Positions 55,550 to 64,000 of a stretch of 64,000 nt of DNA are shown here, piece after piece. Within the stretch, counting starts at the first letter, position 1. Each line of letters begins with the position of its first letter. The DNA is from Camelus ferus. Lineage: Eukaryota. The stretch is from assembly GCF_009834535.1 (NCBI RefSeq), contig NC_045697.1, forward strand, positions 51,028,001 through 51,092,000, in the 5' to 3' direction. Made by a program: the position numbers and the translations under genes. Under the pieces are notes generated by a model. It saw only the letters and a list, made by a program, of their open reading frames with translations, ran no database searches and had not been told where the DNA came from.

Positions 55550-55700
55550 AGGGTTCTCAGTCTTGGCTGCACATTAAAGTCACTAGAGTAATTGTTAAAA
55601 TTCTCAGTGTCTTGGCTGCACCCAAGACCAATGAAATCAGAATCTTTGGCATCAGTATTTTCTAAAGCTTCACAAGTGATTCATTATTCTAAAGTTAAGA
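55550..55700. mobile_element. MER5-like hAT MITE
   Basis: ggttctcagtcttggctgcacattaaagtcac...ccaatgaaatcagaatct...aagtgattc. Confidence 0.65.
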
Positions 55701-56859
55701 TTATGAAACCAAATCAGCTACAATAGAAAATAAATAAATATGATGCATTTATAAAATGGAGTAATATGTAGTTATCAAAATAATTTTGTGGAAGAATAGT
55801 TAATGATACAGAAAAATGTTTGTAATGTATCACTAAGTGGAAAATAGAAAAAATAGAGAGAGAATAATTCCACCCCCCTCAAAAAAAAAAGTGTGGAATA
55901 AAAGACATGTCTTTTCACATAAACTTCCAGCCTTTCTAGGAGATAAAAAGAATTATTATGACATGAACAAGTTCTTCATTGCTGGCCAAGTAAAATTCCC
56001 ATTCATTTGGTTCTTGTTCTTTTTCCGCTACGTGTGGCCACTCTAGGTCTCACCTCCTAAGGAACAGGAACAGGCCTTGCTCCTTACTCCCTCAGCAAGA
56101 GGCATCGTTCACTTCGTCTATCCACTGGGATATTCATGGGACACCACTCTCCTTCTATCCCTAGAGAGGGCTCTTTACTCAAATATATTAGCATAAGAAA
56201 GCAAAGGCATTGGTTGTGAAGAACTGAACCATTTTATGGAGCAAACTTATACAGTTTGTCTAGGCATGAAGCAAATATCCCCAAGCTTTCTACACTGCCT
56301 GGTCCATTATCTGCACTCGGTAACACTTGCTGAATAAAGGATGAATGTATTTGTCCAAAAACAGGGATTTAAGGTAGAGGAAGAGGTTACACTATAGAAT
56401 CTCATATTTTACACACTCTGAGATCTTTGTAACTTTAAAAACCATATTTCAAATGTCATACACACACACACATACACACAATCTGCAAAACTGAGCAATA
56501 CAATCCCATCATTTCATCAAAAGATTAGAGGAGACTGTGCAAAATGCCTTACAAATTGTAGGAACTTACTGAAGTGTGCTTATTTCGATATTATAAATAC
56601 AGAAATACATACATGTATACACACACATATACACATAACAACAAACAGTATGTGCACATTAAGCTGATATGTGTTGTGTCAGCTACCAGTTCGTTAGGAT
56701 GCCAATAACACTAAACCAGAAGCACCAGGCTACTGTCAGTCCAGGGCCCAGTTGAATCTTCTATCACATATTGGCCTTGTTTGTGTCATCCTTTAATCTC
56801 CTTCCATACTCTCCGTTTCTGAGCAGATCTCTGCTATTCCCTGCTGTGTAATCAGAAGG

Positions 56860-57080
56860 GCAGTACAGTGTCATGGTTAAACCTAAGGGCTTGGGGACCA
56901 GGTTTGAATTTTTTCCCTACCACTTATTAGCTACATAACTTTGGGTGAGTTATTTAATTTCTCTCAGCTTTACTTTTATCATCTATAAAATAAGGATAGC
57001 GATAGAATTCTTTCCTGAAATAGATTAATGAGTGTAAATGGCTCAGAATCGGGCCTTGCGCAGAGTAGCATTTAATAGAT
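56860..57080 (+). mobile_element. MIR SINE
   Basis: cagtacagtgtcatggttaa...ccacttattagct...catctataaaataaggata. Confidence 0.7.
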
Positions 57081-57091
57081 GAGAGTTTTAT

Positions 57092-57642
57092 TTATTCATT
57101 CAATAAAAAGATAAAGTCTATATTTCAGTCCCTTTTCTTTGATAGAAATAATCAGCAACAAGAAATAGGTACCACCCCTGGTCTCACTGAGTTCACCATC
57201 TAACAGGAGAAACAGACACTGATTACCAGCAATCACAGCATGGTGTGATGGATGCAGTGATAAATGAAGTGAGAAGAGGAACACCTGACATCTTTGGAGG
57301 GAGTCAGGGAAGGCTTCCTGGAGGAAGTAACCTATTAATGGGGACAAGTAGAAAAACTGGAGGTGGACCAAACAAAGAGGGAAGGAAGAGTGTCCCAGGC
57401 AAAAGTAGAAAGCAGTGGAAAGGCCCACTAGTAAGGGTGAACATAGCATATTTAAGGAACCAGGAGAAATGCAATTTCAATAAAATACAAAGTTTAAAGA
57501 TGAGAAGATTTACTCTATAAAGGGAATTTCTGGCAAAGTGGGCAGGGCCACATCTCAAAGGCCTTTTTTAAATAACTTTTTTAATTGAAGTATAGTCAAT
57601 TTACAATGTGTTAATTTCTGGTGTACAGCATAATATTTCAGT

Positions 57643-57684
<42 letters not shown>

Positions 57685-58420
57685 CACATTCCTTTTCCTA
57701 TTCTTTTCCATTATAGGTTATTACAAGGTATTGAATGTAGTTCCCTGTGCTGTACAGTAGAACCTTGTTGTTTATCTGTTTTATATATAGTAGTTAGTAT
57801 CTGCTAATCCCTAACTCCCAATTTATCCCTTCCCACCCTCTTCCCCCCCCGGTAATCGCAAGTTTGTTTTCTATGTCAAACACCTTTTAAATCAAGTTTA
57901 CATTTCATCCTAAGGTAATAGACTCCAAAGGGGAGCTAATAAAAATCGCATTTGTGTTTTGAAACCATCTCTTTGTTACGAAAGGAGCCAAGATTGTGAT
58001 AAGGAGACCAGTTAGGAAGTTTTACAATAATATGGTCCAATTAGTGGCCTGTATGAGAGTGGTGAATTCTCATGGGGAATCAAAGTTGTGGATGAAGGTA
58101 AGTGACATGAGTGACATAAAATCAAAAGAACTTATTGAGTGTGTGTTCAGTTTTGCATGTATCGAAGTTTAAGAGAGTGACCAGTTTACTCTGGTTTCTG
58201 TTAACTTAGTGTAATTATTAAGCAAAACATACCGGCCTGCGAGTTGGAATACCTTTAAGACCTCTACTAGGGAAGCTGATGGGGCAAGATCTAGGCTGGA
58301 GACGGGGATTCAGGGAGTCATCAGCGTACAGACGGTTATCACAGCCCTTTGATGGGATAATAAAGAGAGACTGTGGTGAGAAGAGGTACCTTGAGACACC
58401 AAATTTTAAGTGACAAAAGA
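57092..58420 (-). mobile_element. L2 LINE, interrupted by a younger L1 tail
   Basis: gtcagggaaggcttcctggaggaagt, aggagaccagttaggaag and ctaggctggagac...ggagtcatcagcgtacagacggt; ends approximate. Confidence 0.7.
57575..57877 (-). mobile_element. Younger L1 3' end with internal (CA)n
   Basis: ttttttaattgaagtatagtcaatttacaatgtg...tttctggtgtacagcata...gttccctgtgctgtacagtag. Confidence 0.85.
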
Positions 58421-58610
58421 GGAGCTGTGAACCAGAGTCTGTCTACCAACTGCAAACAACCCTTGATGTGTACGTGTCATTGAGCAAAGTATTGTCCGAA
58501 GTACACAGTTCACATCAAATGTGTTTCCATTGCTCTAATTCTGATTCTGCTCACCTTTCCACAAATCTATGAAGCTCAAAAATAACAGTATGGTAAACTG
58601 GACTTTTGTA
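58140..58610 (-). promoter_or_regulatory. AFP upstream liver enhancer (about -3.4 to -3.9 kb)
   Basis: AT motif/HNF1 site TGCTTAATAATTACA 58224-58210 (human motif TGATTAATAATTACA, recalled); FoxA-like GTAAAC and TGTTTGC; C/EBP-like TTGCTCAA; HNF4-like CAAAAGTCCA near 58600. Confidence 0.65.
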
Positions 58611-58614
58611 TCAG

Positions 58615-58790
58615 ACAGATGCTAATCTCGACTGTGCAGTTATTAGCCATGTGACCTTGAGCAAGTAACTTAATCTCTCTGACTCTTAATTTTCTCACAT
58701 GTATCATGAAAATGATAATATTTCCCCCGAAGTCTTTTATGTAAAGAGGAAATAATGTATTTAAAGTATCTGATACCTAACAGACAATTA
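58615..58790 (+). mobile_element. MIR SINE
   Basis: agccatgtgaccttgagcaagtaacttaatctctctgactc. Confidence 0.7.
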
Positions 58791-60254
58791 AAAAGATAAG
58801 AATTATTATTATCATAATTAGCATCGCTGTTAGCGTTAAATATTAGAGGTGCTCTTCTTCACAGCAACTAAGCTATACATGCAGTTGCTAGAAGAAGTCT
58901 TCTTTTCAGACAATCCTGACTACTTATTCTTTCTGGGATCTATTTTCTTTGTTGGTTTTGAGTGGTTGGTTGTTTGAAAGTTTAGGATTTTAAAATCTCT
59001 CTTCCCCTTCCTCACTGATGCTTGTAAGAACTTTATCCATCCTTTAAGGACTACATGAAATAATTCCCCATGAATGTATCTGCGATTACCCTCTAGCAGT
59101 AAATGAAAGAGAAGAACACTCTAATTTTTGTCAACTCGTAACACCTTTCAGAACGTTTTCTCATGACAGTTGTCATTTGATCTTACATTCACAGTCATTT
59201 GCAAGCTTATGCAATTCTTCCTCACACAGATAGTTGATTTCTTGGATTCAAGGACTCATATTTATGACTCCTGCAGTGCTTAGCACAAAGTCTGACACAA
59301 AAGCAGAGCCCTTGTAAGTGGACATTATGTGGCACTGAATTGGATTGTTGTAGTCAGGATTTATGCACTAACTGTCCTCACTCGTTCATCTGACATAAAT
59401 GAATGACACATCACTCATACCTTTCTCACCAGAAAGTATTACTGAAATGTTTACATTTATATTTGTGCTGATATTCAGGGTCTAGGGGCCCTGGACAGAC
59501 ATGAGAAGGGGACAGTACTTAGGGTCTTGATTAGGAAGCTGATGACTCTGGTTGCAAGTCGTAGAGCTTAAAACAGACTCCATAGGCAGATATAAGCCAA
59601 ATTCCAGCAGGATGAATGTTTCCAAAGTCCTCCAGCTCAATAGGGTCTTCTTGTCCCTTGAGGTCTGATTACATTTGGCCCAATGCTGATCCCACCTACA
59701 GAGAGCAAACAGAATTATCACCACCCTCCCCAGATTTCTAAGAATCCAGGAGTAGGGGACGACTGATCTCACTTACACTTGTCATGTCTAGCTCTTCTTT
59801 CCTTGTGCTGCTAGATTCTCCTTACCTGCGCTTTGTCTTCTCTACTATCCATGCTACCCCTTCCCTATCCCAAACCTTATGTTGGACATGCCTCAACCAC
59901 TTTCTATAGAACCCTCAATGCAAGTTTGCATCAAGATATTTAAAAGCAGTACAGGAACCATACAATAATAAAGGTGTCTAAAAAAAGATATGTGAAATCA
60001 ATATTTGAAACAGCTTTTTCAGGTTCTGTCCTTACCACCTGGCTCCTCATGTGAAGCTCTCCTTTCTTGGTTTCTCCTCCCTCCTCCTTCTCATCTTTCT
60101 CATCTAACCCCAGCTCCTACACTCCTCTTCCTATTACTGTTTTCAGGCAGAGCAAACCGTCTCTCCCTTTGTTTACTTGGAGCCTATCTGAATCATGCTC
60201 TGGTTGCAGGGAAGCTATTTTTCACATTTGCTTGCTTCCAAAAGCTCTTTTGGA

Positions 60255-60373
60255 AAGAGAAGGGGGTGGGGGAGGGCAGGAGGGAGAAGAGAGAGAGAAA
60301 GAAGGAAGGAAGGAGGGAAGGAAGGAAGGAAGCAAGAAAGAAGAAGAAAAAGAAAGAGAAAAGGAGAAAGAAA
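60255..60373. repeat. Purine-rich GA/GAAG low-complexity tract
   Basis: Direct reading; it explains the overlapping spurious ORFs at 60005-60592. Confidence 0.9.
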
Positions 60374-61059
60374 ACTGTTTTCCATAAACAAAGGGATTTC
60401 GCCTCTCTTTTTTGGTGGGGGCTGGGGGAAGGGGATGTTGTGTTTTTCCTCTCTTCCACAGGGGGACAAAATGAGAGGGATCAGAGTCAGAGAAGGCAAC
60501 CAATCTGCCTGCCAAACTTGAAAGGACAGAAGTGCCTCGAGGTTACCAGGGTGAAGTAAAACATCAATGTGGGCCAAGCAGAGATACAGCAAAGTAAGTC
60601 AAGGGCCAATCGGAAACAAATTCCACAAAAATCTATGTCCTGTTAACAGCATTTGTCCTTAAATGAGTTGGCTTCTCCTGCTGGGTTAGGCATGGGTCCT
60701 TAAAACAGCAGAACTGGCATACCAAGTTAGATTATAAACTATTTGAGGAAAACAACCAACCTTTGGAGAGCATCTCCCAAAAGTCCTAGGGGGAAAAAAC
60801 TTGCATAGAAAAACAAGTACTTTCTAAATGCTTCTTCGTAATGACATATACTTTCTCTGACGAGGAACTACTTATGACCCCTCTCTTCCCAGCTGCTGTC
60901 GCCACAGCAGGGTATGAGAGATCACGAAGGGGTTCTCTGGCCTTGTGCCATCAGCAGCATAATTGCTGGATACTTCCTTCCTTCAGCAAGGTTGAGAGAT
61001 GGCTCATTGTCACAGGAGACTCAGAAAAGCCCCCTGCGTGGACCAGAGGTCTCATACAC

Positions 61060-61490
61060 TGCTGTGGGCTAAATGTTTGTGCCCCCCCCAAAATTCATAC
61101 GTTGAAGCCCTAACCCACCACGTAATGGTACTTGGAGAAGGAGCCTTCGGCAGCTTTAGACGAGGTCATGAGCAGAGGACCCTGTGATGGGGTTAATGTC
61201 TTTATAAGAAGAGACAGCAGAGAGCACTCTTGCATTTGCATTCTCCGTCTTTCTCTCCCTCCCCCTCCCCCTCTCTCTGTCCGCCTTTCTCTCTCTCTCT
61301 CCCCCTCTGTTAAAGTATAGTATGAAGGTGGCCATCTGCAAGCCAGCTACTGAGCACTTGCCTGAAACTGAACCCTACCAGAAACTTGATCTTGGACTTT
61401 CCAGACTCCAGAACCATGAGAAAATAAATTTCTGCTGCTTAAGCCACCTAGTCTATGGTATGTTGTTATGGGAGCCCAAGTTGACTCACA
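61060..61490 (+). mobile_element. MLT1A-like solo LTR
   Basis: tgctgtgggctaaatgtttgtgcccccccaaaattcatacgttgaagccctaacc...cttgatcttggactttccagactccagaacc...taagccacctagtctatggtatgttgttat. Confidence 0.9.
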
Positions 61491-64000
61491 CACGCACACA
61501 CACCTGTAAATATACATTCTTCCCATGAGCAATATATGAAATTAAAAAAAAGTAGAATTATTATCTATTGTTCTTAAGCCAATCACAATGCCTCCCAGAA
61601 CATAGACTACCTCTTTCTTAACAAGTCCTCTTTATTTGGAGAAATGTGGCTTGCTTTTGATGGTCCTAATAAAGAATAAGGACATATGTGCTCTCCAGGA
61701 TTCTGTGGGGGGTAAGGAATTTGTGAGTGGACTGCCCTGTGGCCTCACAACTTCTGTCGTGAGAAAGGTAATGAAATGGTTTAGAGCGCATGTCCATTCC
61801 CATCCTCAGTACCTCACGGTCGTTCTTGCACTGAATCAGTTTTATGTCAGGAAATGCATCTGCTGTCCACCCCAATACAAAGTTAGGGAGGCCTGCTCTC
61901 TCATCCAACACAGCTCTGAGTGTAGAAGAGCCAGTCCCTCAGCCCTGGGAAGAAGCCATGGAGTGAGTATCTGTGTATTGCCTGTGGTGCTCCACATTTT
62001 CCTCCTTGTTGCAATTTAAAAAACCTCAAGGGATCCTCTTTCCCGTAGTGAAGAAGCATTCTTTGTGTTGACACGTATTCTTTGTACCAGCCTCTGGAGC
62101 TAACCCTGCCCTCTGACCCCTGACAGACTACTCTAGTGCTCTAGAGCCCAGCCCAGTGACATGGCTAACCTTACCTGACATGTTAGGGTGTTCATCGCCT
62201 TGCTGATGCCCCCTTCCATCAATGGAAGATGTGTGTGGCTTCTGATGCCTCCTGGTACTCAGCCGTGCGGCTTCGCAAATCACCAACCAAATTACTCCAT
62301 CTGAGGTGGGTGAGGGCCAGGATGGGCTTCTTCTCTCTGTCACTCTCAGCACCTAGTTGTCCTACTCCTTATTCTCCAGTGATCCTGCTCCTTAATTCAG
62401 TTCTTCTCTGAAATTCTTAAGTCTAGCGTTTTTAAGGAACCAGTTCCTAGGGTCCAGATATCAACTGATTAAGTGAATGAAAGAAGAAATTTGCAACAAA
62501 CAGAACTAAGATCTGAGTGGAGATAAAGAGTAAATATTTAAAAATGTGATCTGTTCATTTGATGCAGCATTTCTCAGAAACTGTGCAAGTAACTGCTTAT
62601 AGTCTAGTACTGAAGTAATTATACAAGGTCCACCTGAATTAAATACAATGAAAAAATGGTTATTAATCTACATATATATCAATCATCATATGTAACATTT
62701 TTTGAACATAAAATTTTTAATTAGTCAGAGAAAGAGCTTACTCTTCCCAAAAGATAAATCTCAAAGTGCTAGAGCACTTTCTTTGGTGCCAGGCAAGTAT
62801 TCGTGTATTTATTCATCAGTCACTCACACAAGAGAGATAACAGGGATAATTTTAGATCGGTTGGACTGATGCAAAAGTGACACCATCATAGGGAAAGTTA
62901 CTAGGTCTATCAGTTTTGAATATGCAGTTCTTGATGTATTTTAACTTGGGGGAATTTTCATTATTTAACTTTTTAAAAATAAAATATATCATTATTATTA
63001 TCTTAAAGCACAAATGTGCATAATTCAAATTTACATAAAATTCAGTTTACTGTATCTACTATTTTTGGAAGCCCAAGAAATTGCTCTAAGTCAGGAGTCT
63101 ATGATTTGTAGTTTAGAATATTTAGAGCCCATAGCATAAATCAATTTATTCAGCTAATTTTTATCAAATATCTGTTATATATCAGGTTATGCTAAGTGCC
63201 AACACATAACTTCTGGTTCATGATCCCTTCTGGTAAGAAACAATAGCTAGTTAAGGAGATAGACGTACAAATGAATTGATACTATTAAATGGACTTGCTC
63301 TCAGGAGTCAGAACTATGTGTGTTTAAATTCCAGCCGTAGGACTCCAATTTCACATATTTAAAATGCATATAAAATCTACCAAGTTATAATAAAATGTGA
63401 ATGCTATAATAAGTCAAGTTCAAAAAGCAAACAAGGCATCAGAGAAGGAAATAACTAACTCAATGCAGGGAAATATCCTCAGAGAAGGTGACCTTTGTGT
63501 TGAGTTAAGCAGATAAAGAAGAGCGAGAAAGACATACCAGGCAGAAGGAGAAAGCATGCGTGAAAAAGCACTGTGTGTTCATGAATAGGGTGAAAAGGAC
63601 ACTGATTAGAATATCAAAGGAGGGGTGAAAAAAAGATCGAAAAGATACTGAATCACTTTATCAAGTGACTAAGGGAAGCAAAGATAGTTGTTATGTGAGA
63701 AGGGAAGGGTAGAAATGTTGTGATTCCATGTGTGATTCCCACATATCCAACACATCAGTTATAAAACAGCAATCTTATCACACTGTCAGCCGCCCCATCA
63801 TAAACCAAATCTCTAAAATGTTAACAATTGTAATAAAAATAACTGACCCCATGTTCTACTCCAGGAGGCAGACTTCACATTTTATTCTGCATTAATAATG
63901 TCCTCTGGATTTATGCAACTCCAGCATGGACTTAAGTGAAGTTCCTAGTTTATCAGTTAAGATTTAGAACAATGAGCAGAGCAGTGATACTTACATGCTT

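Noticed and set aside
60005..60592. Cluster of long overlapping ORFs (up to 184 aa)
   Set aside because: They arise from a stop-poor GA-rich low-complexity tract and show no exon or protein-family signal.
55000..64000. Albumin (ALB) 3' exons expected upstream of AFP
   Set aside because: No ALB exon recognised; ALB probably lies beyond the right edge.

Overview
Mammalian genomic DNA from the albumin gene cluster, with all genes on the minus strand. It is probably a cetartiodactyl; the L1 3' ends look camelid-like, which is an inference. From right to left it holds: about 9 kb of AFP upstream region with a recognisable promoter and liver enhancer; a complete alpha-fetoprotein gene (AFP, 14 coding exons + 1 non-coding, 1833-nt CDS, 610 aa); a complete afamin gene (AFM, 14+1 exons, 1815-nt CDS, 604 aa); and the first four exons of the little-studied fifth family member, the AFP-related gene (ARG), which runs off the left edge. 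I read the splice junctions by hand; all are GT-AG with the family's exon sizes and phases. The main anomaly is ARG exon 3. Its homologous CAG acceptor gives a +1 frameshift and an immediate TAG stop, but that TAG is itself a possible acceptor 7 nt downstream that restores the frame, and the ARG promoter looks intact. The rest is typical eutherian repeats (L1, L2, MIR, MLT1, MER DNA transposons, microsatellites). I found no prokaryotic-type system, RNA gene or CRISPR array. Comparisons to human sequences are from memory and need checking by alignment.
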